A DNA stretch of 64,000 nt, taken from contig OZ241875.1 of NCBI GenBank assembly GCA_965203325.1, positions 3,776,001 through 3,840,000 on the forward strand, read 5' to 3'. The notes below the pieces were generated by a model. That model was not told where the DNA came from and searched no databases. It worked only from the letters and a program-made list of their open reading frames with translations. Shown here in pieces: positions 47,443-57,426 of the stretch; the first letter of the stretch is position 1; every line of letters begins with the position of its first letter. The DNA comes from a bacterium. GTDB taxonomy: Bacteria > UBA8248. A program made the translations under genes and the position numbers.

Positions 47443-48789
47443 TCAAATCAGGCATGCCTCGAATCCCTCCCGCATGCTCTGTTCATCGAGGTCGCGGCCG
47501 ATGAAGACGAGCTGATTGCGCCGGGGCGAGTCTCCCCATGGACGATCCGGCTGGCCGTCAAAGAGCATGTGAACCCCCTGGAAGACGAAGCGACGCGACT
47601 CACCCGCGAGGCTGATGAAGCCCTTCATTCGGAAGATGTCCACCCCGCGCTCACGGAGCAGTTCGCCAATCCAGGCGTCGAGCTTTTTGGGGTCGACGTC
47701 GCCGTCCCTCTCGATCGCGATCGAGCCCACCTCGTCATCGTGCTCGTGCTGTGCGACCCAGGTGCGCTCCACCTCTGGCCTGATTGCCGCTCCTTCCGCG
47801 TTCCTCAGTTGGAGGTCGAACTCCTCCGCGCCGTGCTCGGCGTAGAGGGCAACCCGCACCTGCGTGTCGACCTCGAAGAAGAACGACTTGCGCCCCGGGG
47901 AATCGAGTAAGAGGTTCACATGCTTTCCGAGTGGAATCTCTTCCCCCGGGCGAATGAGCTCCGCAGGTTCGGCGTACTGCCGCACACACCACTCCGCACC
48001 CTCACGGAGGGCAGCGTCATCCGTGCCCTGGTCGGACACGACGACGAGCGACATCGCCGGATCAGGTCCATCGGCGAGGTCGAGTTCGTAGCGGCCGGTA
48101 TCGAGCGAATAGACTCCGGTCCATTCGAACGGATACTCCGGCTCGAGGAAGGTGGGACGACGCTCGAGCACCTGGTCCAGGTCGAAGGCGCCGAGGTTGA
48201 GGACCGTGTCGACCGAAACGTCCGCCCGCTCGCTGCGCACGACGCGCGCCATTCGGTTCATGTCCCGGAGCCGGGCTTCGAGCCTGTCGAGCGCCTCGCC
48301 GTTGACGAGGTCCGTCTTGTTGAGCAACAGGACGTCCGCGAACGCGATTTGCTCGGTGCTTTCGTCGCTTCGGCCGAGCTGTTGCTCGATGTGGGCTGCA
48401 TCGACGAGCGTGACGATCCCGTCAAGCGCGAACTCCGCGCGAATCTCGTCGTCCATGAAGAAGGTCTGAGCGACCGGGCCGGGATCGGCGAGCCCTGTGG
48501 TCTCCACCAGCACATAGTCGAACTTGTCGCGGCGCTTCATGAGATTGCCGAGCACGCGAATCAGGTCTCCGCGCACCGTGCAGCAGATGCAGCCGTTCGC
48601 CATCTCGAAGATCTCTTCGTCAGCGTTGATGACGAGCGCCTGATCGATGCCGACCTCTCCGTACTCGTTCTCGATCACGGCAATGCGCTTGCCGTGCTCT
48701 TCACTCAATATCCGGTTGAGCAGGGTCGTCTTGCCAGAGCCGAGGAAACCGGTGAGGATGGAAACAGGTACTTTTCGCGGCGTGTTCAT
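47443..48789 (-). CDS. COG0523/CobW family G3E GTPase with internal insertion
   Basis: GFLGSGKTT, NGCICC, ETTGLADP, NKTD, CobW_C (RMKG...FQGVH...LVFIG). Confidence 0.93.
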   Translation of the reverse strand: MNTPRKVPVSILTGFLGSGKTTLLNRILSEEHGKRIAVIENEYGEVGIDQALVINADEEIFEMANGCICCTVRGDLIRVLGNLMKRRDKFDYVLVETTGLADPGPVAQTFFMDDEIRAEFALDGIVTLVDAAHIEQQLGRSDESTEQIAFADVLLLNKTDLVNGEALDRLEARLRDMNRMARVVRSERADVSVDTVLNLGAFDLDQVLERRPTFLEPEYPFEWTGVYSLDTGRYELDLADGPDPAMSLVVVSDQGTDDAALREGAEWCVRQYAEPAELIRPGEEIPLGKHVNLLLDSPGRKSFFFEVDTQVRVALYAEHGAEEFDLQLRNAEGAAIRPEVERTWVAQHEHDDEVGSIAIERDGDVDPKKLDAWIGELLRERGVDIFRMKGFISLAGESRRFVFQGVHMLFDGQPDRPWGDSPRRNQLVFIGRDLDEQSMREGFEACLI

Positions 48790-49035
48790 CTAGTTCTCCT
48801 CGAGCAGAGGTATGGGTATCGGAATTTGGACGTCGAACGTCCGCGTGATGGCCCAATGGGCTCTCATGGAACGTCTCGCGAAGCTCTTGATAGATTTGAA
48901 TCCGGCTCGACTCTCTCGTGCGGCTCACGCGGAGAGCCAGGCGCCCTGCAGGACGTGCGCACGTGAGGTGCGGATGACCGTGAGGCGCCTGAGATGTCGG
49001 TGCCCCTTTCGCCAAAACGGACGGGGCAGTTTCGG

Positions 49036-50250
49036 TCATGCCGGCTCCTCGTCCATGAGAAGCTCCGGGAACGGGTTCCGGAGCTCTGCCCAGGCCTTGC
49101 TGCCAGCGGAGGCGAGGCGCTCGTCGAGCAGGCACGCGTCGAGGCGGGCGCGTATCTCCGCCTCGTGCATCTGCTGGCCGATGAAGACGAGTTGCTGCAC
49201 GCGATCGCCGAAGCGGGGATGCCAGTCCGGCTCCTGGTCAGGTCGCTCATCCTTGGGGTGCTCCCAGTGTTCGCGAGGCACGGCCGCCCACCACATCCCG
49301 GCGGGTTTCACGTCGCTGACGCCGCCGGCCAGAGCCCACTCGTAGGCGATCCGATGGTCAGCGGCGACCCAGAAGAGGCCCTTTGAGCGGAGCACGCCGC
49401 TCCAGTTCTCGTCGTCGTGCAGGAACGCCCACAGCTTCTCGGCGTCGAAGGGCTGCGCCGTCCGATAGGTGAAGCTCGAGATACCGTACTCCTCGGTCTC
49501 CGGCGTGTGCTCACCCTGAAGCTCTCGAATCCAGCCGGCGGAGCTCTCCGCCTTCTCGTAGTCGAACAGGCCCGTGTCGAGCACGCATTCGAGCGGGACC
49601 TGTCCGTGCGTCGCCATGAGGAGCTTCGCGCCGGGGTTGAGCGCTTTCACGATAGCCTTGACCTCGAGAGCCTGATCGTTGCTCACGAGATCGATCTTGT
49701 TGAGCACGATGACGTCGGCGAACTCGATCTGGTCGATGAGCAAGTCGGTCACCGTCCGGTGATCATCTTCGCCCAGCGACTCACCGCGGTCCTGGAGCGC
49801 GTCGGCGGCGTTGTAGTCCCGCAGGAAGCTCGCCGCGTCCACGATCGTGACCATCGTGTCGAGGCGCGAAACCTGACCCAGGCTCACACCGTTCTCGTCC
49901 TCGAAGGTGAAGGTCTGCGCGACGGGAATGGGCTCGGAGATCCCGGTGGACTCGATGAGCAGGTAGTCGAAGCGTTTCTCCTGCGCGAGCCGTGAGACCT
50001 CGGCGAGCAGGTCGTCTCGCAGCGTGCAGCAGATGCAGCCGTTCGACATTTCGACCAGCTTCTCCTCGGTCCGCGAGAGTTCCGCACCGCCGCGCTCGAC
50101 GAGCGCCGCGTCGATGTTGACCTCGCTCATATCGTTGACGATGACCGCGACGCGCATGCCCTCGCGGTTTCTGAGCACGTTGTTGAGAAGAGTGGTCTTG
50201 CCTGCGCCGAGAAAGCCGGACAGGACAGTAACGGGAAGTCTCTCTGACAT
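49036..50250 (-). CDS. zigA: COG0523 zinc metallochaperone GTPase (ZigA/YciC type)
   Basis: [49 protein letters not shown]. Confidence 0.88.
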   Translation of the reverse strand: MSERLPVTVLSGFLGAGKTTLLNNVLRNREGMRVAVIVNDMSEVNIDAALVERGGAELSRTEEKLVEMSNGCICCTLRDDLLAEVSRLAQEKRFDYLLIESTGISEPIPVAQTFTFEDENGVSLGQVSRLDTMVTIVDAASFLRDYNAADALQDRGESLGEDDHRTVTDLLIDQIEFADVIVLNKIDLVSNDQALEVKAIVKALNPGAKLLMATHGQVPLECVLDTGLFDYEKAESSAGWIRELQGEHTPETEEYGISSFTYRTAQPFDAEKLWAFLHDDENWSGVLRSKGLFWVAADHRIAYEWALAGGVSDVKPAGMWWAAVPREHWEHPKDERPDQEPDWHPRFGDRVQQLVFIGQQMHEAEIRARLDACLLDERLASAGSKAWAELRNPFPELLMDEEPA

Positions 50251-50586
50251 GGGCACTTTGGTTCCCTCACTCAAAGGGTGATGACCAGGTCGGGCGCGGC
50301 GGGGGCGAGCGCGGCCGCGGCGGACAATAACAAAACTCTTGCCTTCACGGATTTCTCCTTTCCCTTTCAGACTTCCCGTTCACGATGCGCCATGAAGCGC
50401 TGGACAGGTTCGCTTGCTTCACCGACCACACAGGTCCCCGGACAGACTCCTGCGCCTGTCCGGCTACAGAACCATCGAAACTCCCTTCGGTTCCGTTCGC
50501 CGCTGCGAAAATAGCGGGCGGCTCCCGGGGATATGCGGGGGGAATAGAGCGGGCTGGTTCATATCCCCGGGAAGCGCCGCCTCAAA

Positions 50587-51777
50587 TTATTTCCGCGAAA
50601 GACACGTTTTGAGAGATTTCGCCATGTTGCGCAGGAGGGTGAAATACGCGTCCTCACCGGCGGGAATTTCCGCGCCCAGGGGGTCGAGCACGCCGGTTCC
50701 AGCGCCCGTTCCCTCCATGACGACCTTCACCAGCTTGGGCTGGAACTGCGGCTCGCTGAACACGCAGATCGACTTCGTGTCCCTGACCTTCTTGCGAATC
50801 TCGACGAGGCGCGCAGCGCCCGGCTTTTTCTCGGGCGAGAGGGTCACCGAACCGATGGCGTTCAGCCCGTAGCGTTTCTCAAAGTATTGATACGCATCGT
50901 GAAAGACGATGTAAGGCGCGCCTTTCAGCGGCGCGAGCGTACTTACCAATTCCTCATGCAGGGCGTCCAATCGAGCCATAAGCCTCTTTTCGTTCGCCTC
51001 GTATTTTTCCCTGTTCGCAGGATCCGCATCTTCGAGCTCATGCGTGATTTCATGCACCCACTTCTTGGCGTTCATGGGGTCGAGCCAGACGTGCGCGTCG
51101 AAGTCGTCGTGATGACCATCTCCGTGATGATCCCCGGCCTTCTCGTCGTGATGATCGTCTTTGCCTTTCTCGTGTTTATGATCATCGTGGTGCTTGTCTT
51201 TGGCCATAGCGTGTTTGCGATCATCATGGTGATCGTCTTTGGCTTTTTCGTGCTCATGCTTGTGGTGGTCATCTTTGCCTTTGCCGTGTTTGTCCTCATC
51301 GTGGTGATGGTCGTCTTTTTTGGCCATGCCGCGCTTATGTTCGTTGTGGTGGTCGCCTTTTCCCTCTTCACCGTGATGATCGTCGTGCCCTTCCCACAAG
51401 CCGCCTTCTCTGATCTTCAACAGCTTCAGACCCTTTATCTCCGCCATGGCGACGACCTCCGCCCGTTTCGGCAGAACTTCGAGGGGCCGCTCGAGGCTCG
51501 GGGCGAGCGACTCGCCCACCCAGAAAATCACGCGCGCCCGCTCGATCTCCCTGGCGTCGGAGGGTTTGAGCGAAAACGTATGCGGCGAGGCTGCGCCTTT
51601 TATCAGCAGATAAGGTTCGCCGACCCCCTTCATGACGCCCGAGACCAGCGAATGAAGCGGCTTGATGGAGGCCACCACCTTGGGCGCGGCCGATGCGGGG
51701 GCGGCCAGGCGCGCAATAAACGTCATTGTCAGGGCCGCAGTGAACAACATATATTTCATGGATTCGATCCTATTCAT
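50587..51777 (-). CDS. znuA: zinc ABC transporter substrate-binding protein with long His-rich loop
   Basis: Signal peptide, VVASIKPLHS, SPHTF, DAHVWLDP, FHDAYQYF, DPLG. Confidence 0.95.
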   Translation of the reverse strand: MNRIESMKYMLFTAALTMTFIARLAAPASAAPKVVASIKPLHSLVSGVMKGVGEPYLLIKGAASPHTFSLKPSDAREIERARVIFWVGESLAPSLERPLEVLPKRAEVVAMAEIKGLKLLKIREGGLWEGHDDHHGEEGKGDHHNEHKRGMAKKDDHHHDEDKHGKGKDDHHKHEHEKAKDDHHDDRKHAMAKDKHHDDHKHEKGKDDHHDEKAGDHHGDGHHDDFDAHVWLDPMNAKKWVHEITHELEDADPANREKYEANEKRLMARLDALHEELVSTLAPLKGAPYIVFHDAYQYFEKRYGLNAIGSVTLSPEKKPGAARLVEIRKKVRDTKSICVFSEPQFQPKLVKVVMEGTGAGTGVLDPLGAEIPAGEDAYFTLLRNMAKSLKTCLSRK

Positions 51778-51823
51778 GAATTCTTTCCTTTCGGCGTGAA
51801 ATGGGATTGAAAAAGTTTTCTAT

Positions 51824-51840
51824 ATGTTATATTATAACAT
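51824..51840. promoter_or_regulatory. Zur box
   Basis: ATGTTATA-T-TATAACAT perfect palindrome between divergent znuA and zur. Confidence 0.9.
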
Positions 51841-51877
51841 TATCATTTCACTCGTCAAGGAATTTTAGGTGACATCG

Positions 51878-52357
51878 ATGAAAAAGAATTTTCCCGGCAG
51901 GGATCGCGACCACGGGGCCAGCGTCGAGAGCGCCCTGGAACAAGCCGAAGCGCTTTGCAGGGAGCGCGGCGCGAGGCTCACGCCGCTCAGGAGGCGGGTG
52001 CTGGAGATCATCTGGGAGAGCCATACGCCCATGGGCGCATACGACGTGCTCGAGCGTATGAACGAGAACGGAGGGCGAAACGCTCCGCCCACGGTCTACC
52101 GGGCGCTGGATTTCCTCCTGAAGCACGGCCTCATCCACCGCATCGAGAGTCAAAAGGCGTTCGTGGGCTGCGCCACACCGGGGAACGCCCACAAGGCGCA
52201 GTTCTTCATCTGCCGTGACTGCGGAAACGTGGCCGAGACGCACAGCGAGGAAATCGGCGAGGCCATCGAGGCGAGCGCCAACCGGGCCGGTTTTCTGGTG
52301 GAGACGCCCGTCATGGAAATCAGCGGCAGGTGCAAGGAGTGTCATGATGATGAATGA
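51878..52357 (+). CDS. zur: zinc uptake regulator (Fur family)
   Basis: RLTPLRRRV, PPTVYRALDFL, FICRDCG, GRCKEC. Confidence 0.93.
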   Translation: MKKNFPGRDRDHGASVESALEQAEALCRERGARLTPLRRRVLEIIWESHTPMGAYDVLERMNENGGRNAPPTVYRALDFLLKHGLIHRIESQKAFVGCATPGNAHKAQFFICRDCGNVAETHSEEIGEAIEASANRAGFLVETPVMEISGRCKECHDDE

Positions 52358-53135
52358 CGCGCGGCGCTCTCTCGTCACCGCCGCGAACCTCCATCTCCGA
52401 ATCGGCGAAACGACGATACTCCACGACGTGGGCCTCGACATTTCGGCGGGTGAAATCCTGACCCTCATCGGCCCGAACGGCGCGGGCAAGACCACGCTCG
52501 TCCGCGTGTTGCTCGGCCTGCTCAAGCCCGATTCGGGAGACGTCCGCCGGAAAGAGGGACTCTCGGTCGGCTACCTGCCCCAGTCCTTCGAGGTGGACCA
52601 CTCGCTCCCGCTGACCGTGCGCAGATTGCTGCGCCTCACGCAGAAGGCATCTATCGAGGAGATGGCGGAGGGCCTTGAGGAAGTCGGCGCCGGAGACCTG
52701 CTGGATCATCCCGTCCAGAGCCTCTCCGGCGGAGAGCGCCAGCGCGTGCTGCTCGCCCGCGCCCTGCTGCGCGACCCCGAACTGCTCGTTCTCGACGAGC
52801 CCATCCAGAACGTGGACGTCAACGGGCAGAGCGAACTCTACCGCCTGATTGCGAAGATCAGGGACGACAGGGGCTGCGGCGTCATCCTGATCTCGCACGA
52901 CCTCCACCTCGTCATGGCGTTCACCGACCGCGTGGTGTGCCTCAACAGGCACATCTGCTGCACGGGGCATCCCGAAGCCGTGAGCAAAAACCCCGAATAC
53001 CTCGCCCTGTTCGGCAAGCATGCGGCCGAGAGCCTCGCCGTCTACACCCACAAGCACGACCACGTTCACGGTCCGGAAGGGGAGATACTCCCCGTCGAGC
53101 GCGAAGAAGCCCGGCACACCCACGGGGGCCGTTGA
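52344..53135 (+). CDS. znuC: zinc ABC transporter ATPase
   Basis: GPNGAGKTT, LSGGERQR, ISHDLHLV, CLNRHICC.G.P, HKHDH tail. Confidence 0.95.
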   Translation: MMMNDARRSLVTAANLHLRIGETTILHDVGLDISAGEILTLIGPNGAGKTTLVRVLLGLLKPDSGDVRRKEGLSVGYLPQSFEVDHSLPLTVRRLLRLTQKASIEEMAEGLEEVGAGDLLDHPVQSLSGGERQRVLLARALLRDPELLVLDEPIQNVDVNGQSELYRLIAKIRDDRGCGVILISHDLHLVMAFTDRVVCLNRHICCTGHPEAVSKNPEYLALFGKHAAESLAVYTHKHDHVHGPEGEILPVEREEARHTHGGR

Positions 53136-53438
53136 AAAAGTCCCTCTTAACAGGGGACAAAGGCAACCCCCCCTACCCCCCCTTGTCAGGGGGGTATAAA
53201 AAGGCGGCGCCCGCCGATGAGGAGGTCGAAGAAAAGCCCTTTTTTCAGGGGGGTATGAAAAGGCGGTGTCCCCGCCGGGCCGAGGGGTTTTGCTTTTTCT
53301 TGCCCCCCTGACAAGGGGGGTAGGGGGGGTTGAACCCGACCGGGGAGAAAGGAATTCACTCCCCCTCAAGGGGGGAGTGAAAATGAAACTTAAGGAAGGT
53401 GTGTTTTTCCTCGTCATTGCAGGGGTTTTCACAACCCC
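53125..53438. mobile_element. MITE-like composite repeat between znuC and znuB
   Basis: GGGGCCGTTGAAAAA...TTTTCACAACCCC; internal CCCCCCTTGTCAGGGGG/CCCCCTGACAAGGGGGG IR and a short family-A hairpin. Confidence 0.65.
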
Positions 53439-53453
53439 TCAAGGAGGCGCGTG

Positions 53454-54248
53454 ATGGAGGATTTCATGTTCCGGGGGCTCATGGGCGGGGTGGGCGTCGC
53501 CCTGGTGACGGGCCCGGTGGGTTGTTTCATCGTCTGGCGCAAGATGGCCTACTTCGGAAACTCCATGGCCCACACGGCGCTCTTGGGCGTGGCGATAGGC
53601 TTCGCCTTCGGGATCGACTTGCGGCTCGGCATCCTCATCTCCTGCATGAGCCTCACGATCCTCCTGGTCTTGCTGCAGAGCCGGAAAACGCTACCCACCG
53701 ACACGCTGCTCGGCATCCTGGCCCACATGGCGCTTGCGGTGGGCTTCATCGCCGTCAGCTTGCTGGAGACGATCCGAGTGGACCTGATGGGCTATCTCTT
53801 CGGGGACATCCTGGCGGTCGGGGCGCTTGATTTGTGGTGGATATATCTCGGCGGGGCGGCGGCGCTGGCCACGCTCGCGTGGCTGTGGCGGGGGCTTCTC
53901 GCCGTCACGGTGAACGAGGAACTGGCGAGCGCCGAGGGGGTCCCGACCTTCGCCGTGAAACTCGTCTTCATGCTCCTGATCGCCTTCATCATCGCCGTCG
54001 CCATGAAGCTGATCGGGATTCTGCTCATCCTCTCGATGCTCATCATACCGCCGGCGGCGGCGCGGCGGTTCTCCAAAACACCCGAGCAGATGGCGGCGCT
54101 CGCCGTCTTGGCGGGGGTCGTCTCCGTCGCGGCCGGTCTTTGGGCGTCTTTGGAGTGGAACGCGCCCGCGGGTCCGTGCATCGTCGTGGCGGCTTCGGTG
54201 CTGTTCCTCTTCAGCTACGTCTGGGAGATGATCGCGGGCAGGGGGTGA
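53454..54248 (+). CDS. znuB: zinc ABC transporter permease
   Basis: GCFIVWRKMAYFG, DTLLGILAH, DLMGYLFGDIL, IIPPAAAR. Confidence 0.95.
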   Translation: MEDFMFRGLMGGVGVALVTGPVGCFIVWRKMAYFGNSMAHTALLGVAIGFAFGIDLRLGILISCMSLTILLVLLQSRKTLPTDTLLGILAHMALAVGFIAVSLLETIRVDLMGYLFGDILAVGALDLWWIYLGGAAALATLAWLWRGLLAVTVNEELASAEGVPTFAVKLVFMLLIAFIIAVAMKLIGILLILSMLIIPPAAARRFSKTPEQMAALAVLAGVVSVAAGLWASLEWNAPAGPCIVVAASVLFLFSYVWEMIAGRG

Positions 54249-54356
54249 GCGGCGCAGCGTTCCTCGGCCCGGCGGCATCGCCTTTACCCCCTTGCCGGGG
54301 TAGTAACCCCAAACCCCCTTGCGCCGGGGGGCTTTTTTGTTTTTACCCCCTGTTAG

Positions 54357-54525
54357 GGGGTTGTTGAACAAGCTGGAGAGGAAAAATTTGATTGTGTGTA
54401 GGGGTCGCATATATGCGACCCTGTTTTTTCACCCACGACAAGGGCCGCATATATGCGGCCCCTACAAAAACCGCTTCCTCCCCGGTCGCATCAAATCCTC
54501 GCACCATCGCTTTTTCAACAACCCC
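54357..54525. mobile_element. MITE with perfect 12-bp TIRs inside a family-D hairpin, carrying a GTAG REP pair
   Basis: GGGGTTGTTGAA...TTCAACAACCCC; flanks GTTAG/GTTAA; REP pair at 54398-54465. Confidence 0.7.
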
Positions 54526-54943
54526 GTTAAGGAGGGGCAGGGGGGTGGTTTTCAAGTCGAGAGAGAGGCGAGCCGGGTCTGCGCCCGCATTTCCCCGCAG
54601 TTGGCGTTACCGGGCATGCGCCCGCTCCGGGCAGACTCGGGCGCGCGAACGGGAGGAGTTCCGATGGACTCGGGCAAGATGGGCTTTCACAGGGCAAAGC
54701 AGACGGACCCGGCGCTTCGCGCGCGCGGAATTACTGAAAAATACGATTAATCATTGTCATAAACCCGGTGTCGGCGCGATAGTATGATTGGCTCCGTTTG
54801 TCTACGATAACTGATTGTTTATAATACCATATTTCTGCTATTTCCTTCCCCGATGCCCCTTGCACTTTCGCCATACATATGCTTGAATAGCCTCCAGTTT
54901 GATGTCGCACGTATGCGGTTTGATTACAGATTCAGGAGGGAAG

Positions 54944-56128
54944 ATGCCGAAGCGAAGCGATCTGAAACTCACCAAGCGCACCGTCGACGCGCTCGCGGTC
55001 GACGGGAAGGACGCTCTCTTCTGGGACCGGGAGCTGGCGGGCTTCGGGGTGCGCGTCCACGCCACCGGCCGGAAGACCTGGGTGGTGCAGTCCCGGGGAC
55101 CCGGGGGGCCGAAGCGCTTGACGCTCGGCCGTCACGGGGAGCTGGCCGTCGACGAGGCCAGGAAACAGGCCGCCCTCATTATCGACCGCATCAAGCGCGG
55201 CGAGGAGCCGGTGGCGCAACCGCCCGAGGCGGAGACCACCGTGGCGGGACTCGCCGAACGCTTCATGCGCACCCACGTGGAGAAACACCTGAAGCCCGCC
55301 AGCGTTGCTGCGTACCGCACCACGCTCGACAAACACATCCTGCCGGCCATGGGCGGGATGGGGCTGGAGGAGATCGGCGGGGCGGAAGTCACGGCGCTCC
55401 ATCACGGCCTTCGCGATACGCCGGTCCTGGCGAACCAGGCGGTACACCTGCTCTCGCGGATGTTCGTACTTGCCGAGGCGTGGGAACTGCTACCGCCCGG
55501 GCGGAACCCCTGCCTCGCCGTGCGCCGCTACAGGACGCGGGCGCGCGAGCGGTTCCTGACGCCCGAGGAATACCGGAGGCTGGGCCGTGCGCTCAGGCAA
55601 GCGGAGGCGGAGGGCGGGATATGGCCGCCCGCGGTGGCGGCCATCCGGCTGCTCGCACTTACCGGATGCCGCAGGGGCGAGATATTGAACCTGCGCTGGG
55701 ACGACGTGGACCGCACGTCGGGGGATCTGAGGCTTCAGGACGCCAAGGCGGGTCCCCGCATGGTCCCCCTGACGAAGCCCGTTCTCGGGATACTGGACGC
55801 CATCCCCCGCTCCGGGGAGAACCCCTGGGTGATAGCGGGCCAGAGACCCGGAAAACGCCTGACGGGCCTGCACCACTACTGGCGGCCCGTCCGGGAGCGG
55901 GCGGGGCTTCATGACGTGCGCATTCATGACCTCCGGCATTCTTACGCCAGCCGGGCGCTGGCTCTGGGCGAGAGCCTCTACACGATCGGGAAACTCCTCG
56001 GGCACACGAGCGTGGCGACGAGCGCGCGCTACGCGCACCTGATGCGCGAGGCCGAGAGGGAGGCGGCGGTGCGGGTGGGCGGGAGCATCGGCGCCCACGT
56101 CGCGAACGGGAAGGTCGAGCACGGATGA
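54944..56128 (+). CDS. tyrosine recombinase/integrase with N-terminal arm-binding domain (copy 1)
   Basis: FWDRELAGFGVRV; TGCRRGE, K, HDLRHS, LLGH, RYAH catalytic set. Confidence 0.93.
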   Translation: MPKRSDLKLTKRTVDALAVDGKDALFWDRELAGFGVRVHATGRKTWVVQSRGPGGPKRLTLGRHGELAVDEARKQAALIIDRIKRGEEPVAQPPEAETTVAGLAERFMRTHVEKHLKPASVAAYRTTLDKHILPAMGGMGLEEIGGAEVTALHHGLRDTPVLANQAVHLLSRMFVLAEAWELLPPGRNPCLAVRRYRTRARERFLTPEEYRRLGRALRQAEAEGGIWPPAVAAIRLLALTGCRRGEILNLRWDDVDRTSGDLRLQDAKAGPRMVPLTKPVLGILDAIPRSGENPWVIAGQRPGKRLTGLHHYWRPVRERAGLHDVRIHDLRHSYASRALALGESLYTIGKLLGHTSVATSARYAHLMREAEREAAVRVGGSIGAHVANGKVEHG

Positions 56129-57294
56129 AGCAGCCCGTCATGAAAACGCTGTCGAACCGCGCGGTCGCGAAACTGAAAGTGGCGAAAGACACCGTCTTCT
56201 GGGACGGGGAGCTCACGGGCTTCGGCGTGAGGGTCTATCCCACCGGGAGCAAGGTTTACGTCGCCCAGGCGCGGGGGCCGGAAGGGCCCAAACGCGTGGC
56301 GGTGGGCCGCCACGGCGTGATCAACGCCGATGAGGCGAGGAAGCGCGCCGCCCACATCATCGCGCGCATCAAGGCGGGCGAGGAGGCGGTGCCCGAACCG
56401 ATGAAGCCGGCGGGAGGCCCCACGGTGGCCGAGCTGTGCGCGCGCTATCTCACGGAATACGTCTCGGTGCGCTGCAAGCCGGGCACCGCCGCGCTCTACC
56501 GCTCGGTGATCGACCGCCACGTCCTGCCCGCCTTGGGCAGGGCGCCGCTGGCCGCGCTCTCGCGCGCGCAGGTGGCGGAATTCCACGAGAGCCTCTACGA
56601 GACGCCCGCGGTGGCGAACACGGCGCTCCGCATCCTCTCCTCGATGCACCGCCTGGCAGCGGGCTGGGGAATGGTTCCCGAGGGAACCCCGAATCCCTGC
56701 AAGGCGCTCGTCAAATACCCCGAGCGCAGGCGTGAGCGGTTCCTGACGGATTCGGAGTTCACCCGCCTGGGAGAGGCACTTGACGAGGCGGAGGCCCGGG
56801 GCGGCGCCTCCGCGTCCGCGGTGGCCGCTATCCGGCTCCTGGCGCTTACCGGGTGCCGCAGGAGCGAGGTCCTCAAACTGCGCCGGGAGGACGTGGCGCT
56901 CGAAGCTGCCGAGCTCAGGCTGCCCGATTCCAAGACGGGCGCACGGGCGGTCCCGCTCCCGCCGCAGGCGGTCGAGCTTCTCGCGAGTCTCCTCAGCGCC
57001 CACGACGGTCCCTGGGTCATACCGGGGAGGAAGCCTGGGACGCCCTTGAGGAACATCGACGAGGCCTGGCGGGCGATAAGGAAGCGCGCGGGCCTGGAGG
57101 ACGCAAGGCTGCACGACCTGCGCCATTCCTGGGCCTCGCGGGCGCTTGCGCTCGGCGAGGCGCTCCCCGTCATCGGGAAGCTCCTGGGCCACAGCAAGAT
57201 GGAGACGACGGCGCGCTACGCGCACCTCGCGCGCGACTCGGCGCAGGAGGCGGCCGGCCGGGTCGCGCAGAGCATCGCCGAAGACATGCTGTAG
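56125..57294 (+). CDS. tyrosine recombinase/integrase with N-terminal arm-binding domain (copy 2)
   Basis: FWDGELTGFGVRV; TGCRRSE, DSKTG, HDLRHS, LLGH, RYAH. Confidence 0.93.
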   Translation: MKQPVMKTLSNRAVAKLKVAKDTVFWDGELTGFGVRVYPTGSKVYVAQARGPEGPKRVAVGRHGVINADEARKRAAHIIARIKAGEEAVPEPMKPAGGPTVAELCARYLTEYVSVRCKPGTAALYRSVIDRHVLPALGRAPLAALSRAQVAEFHESLYETPAVANTALRILSSMHRLAAGWGMVPEGTPNPCKALVKYPERRRERFLTDSEFTRLGEALDEAEARGGASASAVAAIRLLALTGCRRSEVLKLRREDVALEAAELRLPDSKTGARAVPLPPQAVELLASLLSAHDGPWVIPGRKPGTPLRNIDEAWRAIRKRAGLEDARLHDLRHSWASRALALGEALPVIGKLLGHSKMETTARYAHLARDSAQEAAGRVAQSIAEDML

Positions 57295-57426
57295 GGTCGC
57301 AGCAGGCGCGCGCCGGCCAGGTGTTTGCCCGCGCCCGGAGCCGGTGATAGATTTCATTCCATCCAACAGGTTATACGAATCGTTCATATCAGGTTTTTCA
57401 CCCGGAAGGTGCGCGGGAGGAGTCCT

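Noticed and set aside
48790..49039. Gene between the two COG0523 GTPases
   Set aside because: An ATG overlaps the zigA stop, but the frame runs into the next gene and shows no recognisable domain; possibly a decayed remnant
54540..54943. tRNA/tmRNA attachment site for the integrases
   Set aside because: No cloverleaf, T-arm motif or direct repeat found by eye; the left boundary remains undefined
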